Source of the DNA: Lineus longissimus
Taxonomy: Eukaryota
Assembly (NCBI RefSeq): GCF_910592395.1
Contig: NC_088308.1
Location: 682,001 to 746,000, forward strand
DNA: 64,000 bases
Direction of reading: 5' to 3'
Part shown: positions 40,901 through 52,166 of the stretch, piece after piece
Position numbering within the stretch: the stretch's first letter is position 1
Layout of the letters: each line of letters opens with the position of its first letter
Position numbers and translations under genes: made by a program
Notes under the pieces: model-generated
The model's input: only the letters and a program-made list of their open reading frames with translations
Database searches by the model: none
What the model was told of the DNA's origin: nothing

Positions 40901-43226
40901 TTCCTGTTGTAAATAGAATATTGTCTTACTTCCAGATCGGAAGTTTTGCTCACCAGAGCCAATCAATTTTTTTTAAAGTTCCTTCACCAAAAGACACTGT
41001 ATGAGGCATAAATTAAAAAGATATGCAGCAAACTAAACTGGCTACAAAACATAAGCGGCAAATATGGCAGAGGCAACTAAAATGTGAATAACGATCAGGA
41101 ATTTCACAAGTGATGTTTTTTAACAAGATTTTCTCAGATTCATTTCAGCACTCAGAATCCCTCGCCCAGCCCTGGTGAGCAAAACTTCGCAGCAGGTCCA
41201 CTTTCTAAAACACATTATTGAGACTCCTCCTCCCCAATTGTGAAATTGGGGTGATCTTCAGCTAGAATTTCCTCCGCCAGATCACTAACCGATGCGTTAT
41301 CAATGGCAGGTCCCTCATCCCTCCTTTTCCGACTACCACCCTCAACAGGCCTGCGCTCGGAGTAAAGGCTGAAGAGATTGGAAGGGTTCTGGGGTCGTGA
41401 TGAAACAACTGGTGATGTTTCAGCTGGAGTTTCCGTTTCCTCTTCAAGCCTTGGTTTCTTCACCAACCGAGGTGGATTGAAGCCCTGCAAGGATGTCAAT
41501 TCGAATGTGAACAACAGGAATGCATGTTAGGTGGCGATCTTTTCTTCGCATATGACAGTGAAAGTAGGGTAGAGCAATTTCCTTTTTGAATATTACGGTT
41601 TTGGGACTTGCACCACTGAAAGTTGGCCAACATGGAAGAAACTGTCTGAGCAGTAAAATCATATTCAAGTAAATTCTTACAAGCAGTTTCCCGGAACACT
41701 TCATGAGATATTCAGTTGCAATTTAGCCCATTATAGTATAGCATGTACTAAAACAATCAAATACAAAAAAATCAAATAACTTCAGGGGGGGAGCGGACTC
41801 AGTAAATACAGACCTGACCTGACTTGACGTAAGCCTTCTCTAATCGATTCCCTTCATCATTGTAGAGTGAGGCCTGTGAAAAACATCAATGACAGAAGCT
41901 TTAAAAAGCTTGTTTAGAGATGATGATTTTTAGGCTCTTAAACTTAATGATACATTTATTGGAATATGTTGATCTTTACCTAAAATTGTTGTGAATGGTT
42001 GCCCGGATCAGGATCTAGACATGTGAAATGTGTGAGTGTTTATACTTCCCAGAACTTGCCTCAGCCTGCTAATGTCAGAGATGGGTAAGAGTAAACTTAC
42101 GCTTCTTTTGCGAAGAAGTCCAGTCCTGGGAAGACCTCGTCCTCGAGCAGAGCTAACTCCCTTCCCACTCAGGGGCTTGGCAGCTGGGACTTTTGGTCTC
42201 TTACTCTCCGCAAACCAGTTCTCTTTTGGAGGAGGCCCCTCATCCACTATTTTGGCTGCGATTTTCACCTCTTCAACAGTGATCAGGTGTCTTGCACTTT
42301 CTAAATCATCCCCGACCTCAACCTGTAAAAAGGTACAAACTATGGTCCCTGTGTCTGCGTTCAAGGCCGAAGTTATCCACCCTTAGAATCTGACATCAAG
42401 TCACATGCTACTCACTGCTCACTGTCAACAATTTACAGCGAATTTATTCTCAAGATGCTTCATCTTAAGAATTGAACTAAATTCCTAAATCAAAACAGAT
42501 GATTTTTCTTAATACAATACTTTTTCACCTAATGATACTTATTTACACTAACCTTTCCAGGTTTGATGTGAACCTGCTCCAGCCTGTTACCATTATCGTC
42601 AAACAAGGTCGCCTGGAAGATAAAGATATCAAATGTCACATATTCATTGTTGCTTTTGACAAACTTATACCCACCTTCTTGGGTCAGTACTGGCCAACAC
42701 CAAGATGAAGCTAAAGCCTCAGTCGGCTCAGATGACAGAATTGGGGACTAAATAATCACCATCTAATGCCAATCAATGCAGCCATATCTGCAGAGTGATT
42801 TTGAGAGGTGAACTAATCAATGGCAAACATGATAAATACCTTTTTGTTGTCACCACCTGCCGGGTATTTGAGAACACCATCTTGCCAGACCTTTGCTTTC
42901 TTCTGTTTTTGATGTGTATAAAGAACCTGGGGCAATAGAGGAGGTGTTACTATAGTTACTATCTCTTCCCGACTAAGATGTGCAGCCCAAAATAAAACGG
43001 AAGGAATAATTGAACTTAATGGTGAGTTCACGGAGTCGACCACAGATGTTACTCTACCAGAAACACCAATACATGTAGCTTGCTTCTCTGGCATAGGGTA
43101 GTAAAGCTATGAAAGGCTAAATCTAAATGATAAAAACTTGATGTTCTGTTTTGATATGAATGGAAGGAATTGGTGAAGTGAGCAAGCAAAACACTGGCCT
43201 CTTACTATATATTCCTTAGTTGTCAT
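25937..43226 (-). CDS. ZGRF1: ZGRF1 5'-3' DNA helicase (DUF2439 + long disordered region + GRF zinc finger + DNA2/NAM7-type SF1 helicase), multi-exon. Examples: 43226-43206, 42926-42840, 42612-42553, 42322-42101, 41484-41290, 40903-38624, 37248-35672, 33997-33882, 33725-33678, 33304-33116, last exon 26220-25937
   Basis: MTTKEYI|VLYTHQKQKKAKVWQDGVLK (DUF2439); GRF CEHGQPSKIVQVRKDGKNKGRFFFSC...CKYFKW; Walker A LIHGVFGAGKS; DECSQITEP; LRTQYRCHP; SFYNETEVEFV; VDAFQGGE; NVALTRAK. Some internal exon boundaries are approximate. Confidence 0.95.
31956..32118. repeat. Intronic direct duplication, about 85-bp period, 2 copies
   Basis: GACCACTTCCTCATGTGACACAGAG...TTTATCTGATGTGGATGATAGAACGATGACACAATAGAATACTAGAAC at 31956 and 32041. 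Confidence 0.9.
34606..34984. mobile_element. Tc1/mariner (pogo/Tigger-like) MITE in a ZGRF1 intron
   Basis: TA|CAGTGGAACCCCGGT...ACCGGGGTTCCACAG|TA; TA target duplication; subterminal CGACCACCCTGGTAA repeats. Confidence 0.85.
41814..41873 (-). other. Paralogous copy of ZGRF1 coding exon 3 (60 nt, ASLYNDEGNRLEKAYVKSGQ)
   Basis: Acceptor TTTTTCACAG, 60 nt open phase 0-0, donor GTCTGT; aligns residue for residue with exon 42612-42553 (ATLFDDNGNRLEQVHIKPGK). Confidence 0.7.
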
Positions 43227-44064
43227 TCTGAAAGTTCCAGAGGTCAGGAAGGTCGGATAATTGGCGAGTCTGCTTGTCCCAGCTTGGCAAAAATGTGATG
43301 TGGTTGGTTTGTTTACCCAGGAATCCCTCGAATCAACAAAACCATTGCATCATGATTCTGCCCCTGTGAAAGAAAAATATCATTACATGATCAAGAGAAT
43401 ATAACTTTATGGCTGGCCTAGTTTTGACTCTCACTTGAGAGGCTACTCTGCCTCAGATGTGGCTCAGGGGCCTGCTTTCAATCTCTTCCCGACTTCCAGA
43501 TAGTGGGGAGAGTCTTATGCTATAGCCTAGCCTAGCCTAGCCCTCACATCTCTTGAACTCTAATACTAGTAGTTCAGCTCTACCAGATCAGCATCGGTGA
43601 GTCGACTGTTAGACCTTAGAGTAACTAGAGTAAGGTTAGACCAACCAAAGGTATGCCTACTGGACTGCCATAGTCGTCTCCAGACTCCATTTCAGTCAGA
43701 TCTTGTCTTTGTCCGCGACTACAGATGAGTGACTATTGGAGTATTTAGCAATACAAGAGGCCAGGAATGCATCATCACCATAGATCATTATCATTTTATT
43801 CATCACGGTCAAGGATATGTCACGGTACGGTTGATCCGCCGCACTGACCTTGATCTCGATGACCGATTGATCAATCAAATCACAAATTTAATGATGATGA
43901 TTCCAATTCCACTCGATCACTTCACGGGCTACAGCAATAGCATGCTAGTAGCTTCCTAATCATTCACAATATGCATGCTCAGTTTATGCAGTGCTTAGGC
44001 CTACTTGCGATGATGTGATAGGCCTATGCATGATGTGTGTGTTGGTGTTGGTGTAGGCCTAGGC

Positions 44065-44682
44065 TATGGGCGGTTATTACCGCAAATAAAGACAAACCAA
44101 AGCAAAGACACTTGTGTAGCATATCAAGGACACGTATAAATTGATACTCCTATGTGTGCCACATCAAAGACATCTGGACCATACACCACGTCAAAGATAA
44201 CGATGCGAAGTCAACAGGCGGCGCCACTGTAGATTGCTGGCGGCCGTATGCCTGTTGACGTTGTTGTTATTCGCCACCTCTCTCCCCATTATTCCAACAA
44301 CTTGTTGAAGGAGATTGACACAGTTTTCTAACTTATCTCTATCCATGGTTATGATATACTAGTATGATTGATGATGTTGAAAAGAAAGGGGATCTCAAAA
44401 TACGACAGTCTACTACGAATAGATCAATAGTGACATAACAACACATGTGCATTTTCCCGCTAGTCGCTTATATCAACAAAAACCTATAGTTGTCGAAATC
44501 GTTTTTACTTTTCCCAAGACGGTGGCGCCGCCTGTTGACTTCGCATCGTTATCTTTGACGTGGTGTATGGTCCAGATGTCTTTGATGTGGCACACATAGG
44601 AGTATCAATCTACGTGTCCTTGATATGCTACACAAGTGTCTTTGCTTTGGTTTGTCTTTATTTGCGGTAATAACCGCCCATA
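44065..44682. mobile_element. Non-autonomous DNA transposon with ~165-bp TIRs, IS3EU-like
   Basis: Near-identical inverted repeats 44065-44230 and 44519-44682; termini TATGGG...CCCATA; 6-bp duplication CTAGGC at 44059-44064 and 44683-44688. Confidence 0.85.
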
Positions 44683-44748
44683 CTAGGCCCCTACACCTTC
44701 TATTTCTTAATTTTTCAATCACTTTCATGCTTTCACTTCAGTTCGGGG

Positions 44749-44763
44749 TTTGAATTTGGCGCC
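44749..44763 (-). promoter_or_regulatory. E2F/CDE-CHR-like cell-cycle element, probable ZGRF1 promoter
   Basis: Minus strand GGCGCCAAATTCAAA is an E2F-like site adjacent to TTYRAA (CHR-like); it lies upstream of ZGRF1 in the divergent intergenic region. Confidence 0.45.
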
Positions 44764-45299
44764 GAACGAATAATAATGCCACGTCAGTAACTTGCCTTTG
44801 TGACAATTGAGACAGACGGTAAGATTAATCTTTTGAGCGTGGAAATCTCGTTATCTAACTTTATAACATGTAGGCCTATGACATAATGACAAGCATGACA
44901 ATATGGACAAGACATGCAGGAGCCATGAGAGCCTTATTTCTTATTTTCTTAGTTATCCGAAATCCCGATAGGTGGTGTCTAGCAGACGGGCGGTGGGGTA
45001 TAAGTTACGGACGACGCACTTGCAGTATCGATACGGTTCCTGGTCGATTTTACATTGCGCACAACATTCTGACCCGGAAACTGGGAGGGCGTTTCGCATT
45101 TTGTCCTCGTAGCTCTTCGACGAATGGTTGCGAAACTAGACTAATGTACTTAACCTACTAGCATGGATATATCTAAAAAGTGTGTTAGTTATCTCGTGAG
45201 ATTTAGATATAAAGAACAGGTACATGTAGGCCTACAGCGTTCATTCAAGATCATCATACCAGAGCCATAAGAGGAACACCATAATAACCTGGAGAAACC

Positions 45300-46837
45300 A
45301 TGAATGCTGCAATACTCATATTCAGCCTCCTCTTGTTGAATATACAACTTGCCAGTATGTCCGAAGTCCCACTATATTACGGTTGGTTCCTGGAGCCAGA
45401 AGGGGAGAGGCGCATCGTGCAGATGGCAAGCTCCTACTATGACCAACTGTTGGAGAAACCGAGTGCTGTGAGAGAGATGCTAAACAACTTCAAGCTTGAA
45501 GGTAGGAATCGGAGACACCCGCCCCCACCAAATGCGCACTTAGTCTGGCACATTCCAAATCATCCTGAGAAGATCAGGGGTTAATGTCTCAGGATCGGAT
45601 GATTCCAAATGGGACATCCCGGACACCTCATCCCGGACAGGAAGAGACAATGATCGAGACGCGTACACCAGAGATTTTTTACGGATCTGATCCCGACAGC
45701 TACAACCCGGTTCATCATCGATATTGCGTCAGTCCGATCGATGATGCATAATAGACGTCTGACAACTGAGCAAAAAAAGGGGACAAGTATTGAAGAAGGC
45801 GCATGCATGCAGGTGCATCGGTTCGGTTACGTTCTGTCGACATTTAACCATCAAATCCATCCTGAGCTTCAGGGCCTTTCACTCAGGAGGCACTGCCAGG
45901 AGCTTATGCCAGGTTGAGATACGTGTGAATGACCTTCTATTTGTGAAGGATGAGTTAGGTTGTACGTGGTGCAGAGACAACCATCTCCGGGTCTTCCTTA
46001 AGCCTACTGAAATCGCTCCTGAGAAATCGCTCATTCATGAATACATTTCAGTAGGCTGATTGTTCCACGCACAGGCCATAGATATGACGACTCTTGACCG
46101 GTTTATCAGTAATACAACTGCATTTTTACTCTTGTGTTCTTTCAGGCAACAACTCGTCCGCCCTCTCGAGCTATTTCACGCGAGATGGCCTGGACAGTTC
46201 GAGTTCTACACTCCACGTCACGGCGATGTTTTGCGGGAGAGGGAGCGTTCCAGAATGCCGACCATACATGGAAAAACCTAAACTGAAGCCAGCAACTGGC
46301 AAGGAATATCGCCTGGAAGTCATAGGCTTTGTCATCACGCCTAAGACACTGGGTGCGAGGATACAGCTCTCTAGTGAGCAGTTGGATGTCTGGGGTCAGA
46401 ACGACAATAAAGGCGAAACAAGTTCAGTTAACAAATGCTGCAGCAATTTAGATCTGGGGGAAAATCGTACAGATGCTGGCGATTTCCAACCTATTGTTGG
46501 TAAAGGAAGCCGTGCCCATGCGACACTCTCTTGCGCCAATGGAGTCAGCCCTGTTCAGACTGGATACGATTTAGTCGCTGCAGTCAACTGTGAGGAACAC
46601 TGTAAAAATGACTCGCGCTATTTTTCATTGTCTGGGGCTCGGGGACGTTATTATGGAAACGGGGAATTCGCGATCTATCTCGATAAACCGAACTTCTTCA
46701 ATAGCAGATTTGTCGCATATATAAACAGTGACTCAATCATGTCAATTAGAAACGGTTCAACCCGCTTTGGTTTGAGTTGGGACATGATATCAGTCATACT
46801 GCTGGTGACGCTCACTTTGAGGTATAGAGTGCTTTAA
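45300..46837 (+). CDS. CNPase-like 2H phosphodiesterase with signal peptide and C-terminal GPI/TM signal, about 297 aa; exons 45300-45501 and 46146-46837
   Basis: VPLYYGWFL, LHVTAMFCG (HxT 1), GFVITPKTLGARIQLS and GSRAHATLSCANGVSPVQTGYDL (HxT 2) closely parallel the vertebrate CNP catalytic domain. Phase-1 intron GAAG|GTAGGA...TTTCAG|GC. Confidence 0.9.
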
Positions 46838-47522
46838 CGTGACGTCATCACATGCATGCCCTGCTGCAGGGACAGAAAAGAAAGCAAGTCCAAATTACTA
46901 TGACGGCATTTAATTCAGTTGAGACAAATCATTGTTATTCTGCCATCCAACGTGGCCGTGAAAACACTCTATGGCAAGTATCACATTGAAGTGCTTCCCA
47001 TCTCTCATGCGTAATGAACTTGGTTTCTGTCGGAACCTAATTGACTTGCGATTGTCGGACGATTTGACCATAAATGTATCCATCATTGCTGTGAGTAAAC
47101 CCAACCACAGATTGAGAACAGATAACATTAACATATTCCTTTACATGTACATGTACTTCAAAATCTCAGATTCTTGGATATCCTGTATACAGGCGCACAG
47201 TGGAAATAAAGTCCATAAACACAATGATGATGTGATGTCCACTATCTGCTCGGCCAAGAACCATTCAGTCGTGTCTGTTCCTGGCCGATTTACAGTATTG
47301 AAACGGTTATAAGCAATATCGGGAGCTCCCGGCAATGTCCATGAATCATAAGCTGTGATAAAAGGATGGATTTTCAAACTATTTACAACTCTTGATGGGA
47401 TTTTCAACTATTTAAAAATAGAGCCGTTATTATATATATATATATGCTTTTGCAATCTTCTGTAACGCTTAGTTTGTCTCTGAATCAGATGTGTACACGC
47501 TATCTCTGTCACTGTGCTATAA

Positions 47523-50480
47523 CTAGTAGTTCAAGTCCACTGTCACGTCCCTTCCCAGCAGCTTCCCAAGAATGTTCGAGGTGCCTTTGTTCTCCGTCAT
47601 GGCGGTGACCAAGTGTTCATTCTTACAGAACCCACGGTCTTTCCCGAGGAAGTCCAGCACCTCGCGCGAATGCTCACGGACATGCTCGCCGAAGAACTCC
47701 CCCAAGTTTACCCCATTCGCTTTATGGAACTGGTGCAGGTGCACTAACCCAGCCGTTTTCTTTGCCTGATTCCCTTCCAGCATGCGATCACAGACCACAT
47801 CCGAGGCAGCCACGGCGGTGAAAGCATCTCCAAGCTTTTCTTTCTCCTGCCCGAGTTGGTCCTCGATCCACTCCTGACCCTCTTTCAACTTCATCAGCAG
47901 CGTGTCTCGGTCCTTTTTCAGTCTCCGCTCAATCTCGTCATAAGTGCTATTTATCTGTGCCTTGACGTGTTCATACTGATCTTGCATGCGGGACAGATGC
48001 GCGTCATTCGATGCCCGTTTGCCATCGACTACCTCCTTCATCGCTTGGTATTTGTCTCTCTCCTTCTTCATCTTATTTTCCATGTCGTCGAGTGACAGGT
48101 GGATCGATTGAATTTTGTGGGAATCGGACGGCGAGTCAACTATAAATAAAACGAGATCACAATAAGGGGCAATTGAGCAGAAATACAAAGGCACAACCAC
48201 AACCAGTCGGCACGAGTGCTCGTTACACTCCAAATCAGCTTCAGTCCTCTCCTAAGAGTGATAGTTAGGATGAATGTACAACTTCGGGAGTCTACTGTTT
48301 ACTGAGTGTGCAGCCTTCTTTTGTTCTACGAACTCGTCAAGTTGAGCAGCAAGTATCATACTTGCAACAGTAAGGCAATTCGAATTAAATGACGAACAAG
48401 GGTGCAACTCGGATCGTCAGGCCGAAGACTGAGGCCAGGACACATTTCACTCACACTATATTGTTAGTGCGGACTGGCATGAACGTCTGGTCTGGGCATT
48501 CTGAAAAGGACATGATAACGAAAGAGGCCTATGTACGCACCCCTTCTGTGCAGCAAAGCACAGTCCCTACAAAGGAACCGGTCGCACTGTTGGCAGTAGC
48601 CCGTGGCGGCATTTTCGTGGTCTCGCTGGTAGAAATGGCAGCGCCGCCATTTCTCGTCTTCCTTCCTGGTGAAGTCATAGCCTTTCATCGTGACTCGGCC
48701 CAAGTATTCATCAACTGTCAAGTACCGAAGGGCTTCGTACTCGTTTTCGTCTTCGTCAGACTGCGCCAAAATGTCCTGCAGAAAGTTGAAAACAATCACT
48801 GCATTTTAAGATGCATCACACGTAAAATCATAGAGCTTTTTACGGATAGAGTCTTGCCTAACAGCGCTTCGAATTGCGAGTCTTGCGGGAAGGAATGACC
48901 AGCTACTCGGTGTACACTTAAATGGAACGAATAAAGTGGATGGGAAGGGATGACTTGCATGACACATACGCCTCGGTCAGGACCCCACCAGGCGATTCGT
49001 AAGGTGCACGATATGTCTTTCAGAGAATTGGTGTTCGGATGTGGCCCAAGCTGGATTTAAAGTCCTTATTGCTTTCGCAGTTTTCAAACCCGTAGTTCAT
49101 AATAATCATGCCGTAACATGTCCGAAGATTTTAAAAATGCCTCACCTCTTTCATATGTGGCCGATAGCATTTCTTACAGAGGAACAACTTATGGTGCACG
49201 CAGAAGAACGCTGCCTCTGTCCCGCAGGCTCCACCGTTTTCTGCATTAGCCGGCCTGGTGTTCCCGCAAACTGGAGGGAAAGCAACTTCACTCAGTGTGT
49301 CTTCGACGAGGTTGAAGTCTTCGTACAGCATGCCGTGCCCTGGCGGTCGGTCCTTGGCCTCTGGGTATATCAGCTCCAGCTGACATTGCGGACATGATGT
49401 TGAGTCTGGATTTCGCGGACCTTCGGTTGGAATCCCGTGTGAACATCTGGAGTAACAACAGAAATGAAGAAACTACGGTTGAACCTCCCTATTAAGGACA
49501 CCCTCGGGACTGACAAGTGCTGCCCTTATTCAAGAGATGTCCTAGAAAGGTCAAATTGAATGGAAACAACCAATTTGGGACCCAAACTTGTGTCTTTAAT
49601 AGAGAGGGTGTCCTTAAAAGGGATGTGTTCGCAAAGAGGGGTTCTACTGTATACTGGTGGGAGCAGAGTAAAAGAGAGAGTTTTTCTTATCGCAGTAACC
49701 AACTTTTGGTCCTGGCACCGACGACGACCCGCCAAGGAGGAGGGATTTTTGTCAGATGCGATTGTCTCAGGTCGCTAAAACAAAAATCTCTCGTTTATGG
49801 GGTTCGCTTGAGAAGTCTAGACCCCTTACATTGCTTTCAGTGGGCCTATACTTTGTCCAAACTACTAACGATTTATTCATCCTTTGTCAGCAGATAACAA
49901 TGAAACACTAAACAATTGTAACAATACAATGTACATGTAGTTGAATGAGAAGTAATTATCGATCTGTATTATTCAAAAGACACCACCAATCCAGTTGACG
50001 ACATTGTCACATTTGCTATCAGGGAATTTCTCAAGCTTATGCCTAGTATACTAGTAAGTAAGTGCAGGTTAAGTAGAGTTTAAATTTTCCTAAAAGCAAA
50101 AACTGAGAAGACACTAAAAATACTTATTGTAACAATTCAGTCGTCAAAAAGTATCGGCCTACCACCTCCTTCTCCATACATGTTCCCTTCCATTCTCTCA
50201 GCAGGCTTGGCATCATTCCCGCACTTCTGGGCATTTTCACACCCTGCGCGTTAGGTCAGGGGATTGTGCAATCATCCTGTACGTCAGGGTCTTCAGGGCA
50301 CTTACAGAGCTAATGTAATGTGTGCGAGGGGAGGACCATGGCCCTGATGTTGGAGGATGGGAATGTGAGGGTGTCTTACCGTTTACACCTATGCTTGTCA
50401 CACAGAGCTACAAGTCCGTCCAGATTCGGCCAGCGTTTGCATTCCTTGCAGCGGCCGTGAAGGTTGGAGAAAGATGCCAT
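47523..50480 (-). CDS. TRIM-like protein (variant RING, two B-boxes, coiled coil; no C-terminal effector domain), about 417 aa; exons 50480-50380, 49446-49146, 48775-48541, 48139-47523
   Basis: Spliced frame gives CKEC-x12-CDKHRCKRC...CPQC (RING-like), CGN...CGTEAAFFCVHHKLFLCKKC (B-box), CHFY...H...YCQQCDRFLCRDCALLH...H (B-box), then a heptad-rich helix; 1254 nt with consistent phases. Confidence 0.75.
49476..49649. mobile_element. Tc1/mariner (Tigger-like) MITE in the TRIM intron
   Basis: TA|CGGTTGAACCTCCCTATTAAGGACACC...GGTGTCCTTAAAAGG...GAGGGGTTCTACTG|TA; imperfect TIRs with TA TSD. Confidence 0.75.
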
Positions 50481-52166
50481 GTCTATAAATCAGGCAAATA
50501 ATAACAGTTGTTAGAACACAGTCGTATCGAGTCGAGTGCTGTTGGCGCTAATGGTTAACTTTTTGCATGTATACGCGATGTATACGCGAGTCTTGATTTG
50601 TTCAATTCCGTTAACTGATTTCGTATTGGGACTTCCCTATAATCATGAAATGAGACTAACTAGCGTTGAATACATGGGCCTTTATAATGAGGCATGCTTA
50701 CAACAATGAACAAGTACATGTAATTGGCAAGACCATGCCATGGAAATAATCCACAGGGGGTGCACATTAGGCCAGATGACAACAGGCGAATTGGCAATAG
50801 GCTCATTGAAATTAGGCAATTGACATGCGAAATGGCAATAAACCTGAAAATGTCATCCTGGCACCAGCTGTTTTTTTTACTCCGCCTCTCGGTATTTCAT
50901 ATTTGCATATGTCAGACGCAGGAGTATAATAAACCCGAATCTCATGATCAGGCTGTAGGCCATAGGCCCAGAGGAAATGAATATTGACACCAATGTTGTT
51001 TCAGCCGGGTAAGAAAATTATAACTTGTGTAAAACTCACATGGTTTATGACCTTGGAGAGACTGTCTCACATGTTCGTAGGATTCCCCGTCCATAGTCAT
51101 GCAAGGTTTCACTGGGACTGTTGTTTGGAGGCTGGTAAGTCTTACTGGACAATTAACTGAAAAGAGGACAATTTCTATCCAATCCAAATCATTCACACGA
51201 AGACGAAGTCACAACTAGAAAGTCGGCATGGGAGCACCTTTCGAACACCTTCGGGACGGCCAGCTTACCGTGGTCAAATTTAATAGCAACGAGATAATTG
51301 GAAGCAGCATGATCAGTGAGTGTGTTTATAGCTAGGTGGTCCTGCTGACAGAGGTTCCACTACAGAAATCGTACCGAGATCGCGAACTTTAAAGAAAAAA
51401 TAAACTAAAAACAAAGATCAAACCTCGGCGCTGGCTTTCTTTACCTTGTCCAAGACAAGTTAAATTATCATTCAATGTCTTCCCGAGGTCGGTTCTCTTA
51501 TCTCTGCTGCCATCATGCTTTTCAATTGTTTCGATTATCTAATAGTCTGGTGGTAACCCATATTTTCACATTTCGTTCCAGTTACAGCACAATGACCTTT
51601 ACATCGTTTGCCTTTGATCTGACGTATTGGCTTGTATTGTGAAGCCTCAAGACGAGTAAAAGGAAGGGAAAATGAATGGAGAAGGAGGCGGGCGTAAACA
51701 TGAAGATAATGAAGCCAGAAATGTACTGGGTTTTTCTCCAATGTTCTTGAGACTATCTTATGCAATATCTGTTAAAAGATAATTTCCCCAGCGGTAATCG
51801 ATTACCCAATTAGGCCTCCTGATTGGTTGACAGATGTTTGGTATTCTGGGGATTTCTTGACCTATCATTCAGAGGTTATCAGCGACAAATACTAGTCCAA
51901 GTCAGATTTGCATTCAGGGTTAATTATGACATTTACTTCGGTGTCCGACATATCGATTCTATAGTGTGCAGTCACAATCGCAAAACAATAAAAGCGAAAC
52001 TTGAGGTTGATAGGTGGATTGCGCAGTCTATTATTGACTCAAGTTGTTTTCACGATGTTAAATCACGGGTCAAATCAATTTGATGTTGACAACAGAACAA
52101 TATCTTACCCTGAACAATTTGGGAGGCTCGCTTGGTACAATCTTACGAGGCCGGGGACAGCATCTC

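Noticed and set aside
38612..40966. Stand-alone 784-aa and 518-aa (35651-37207) orphan genes
   Set aside because: Both are bounded by splice sites in phase with ZGRF1 and lie between DUF2439 and the GRF finger, so they are ZGRF1 exons.
45579..45849. Possible MITE in the CNPase-like intron (GGTTAATGTC...GACATTTAACC)
   Set aside because: The inverted ends are only ~10 bp and imperfect, and no clear TSD was seen.
50163..50309. Extra TRIM exon (CENAQKCGNDA...) or a TGA-recoded selenoprotein-like frame
   Set aside because: Phases are incompatible with the flanking exons, exon 1 splices in frame directly to 49446, and no SECIS evidence was seen.
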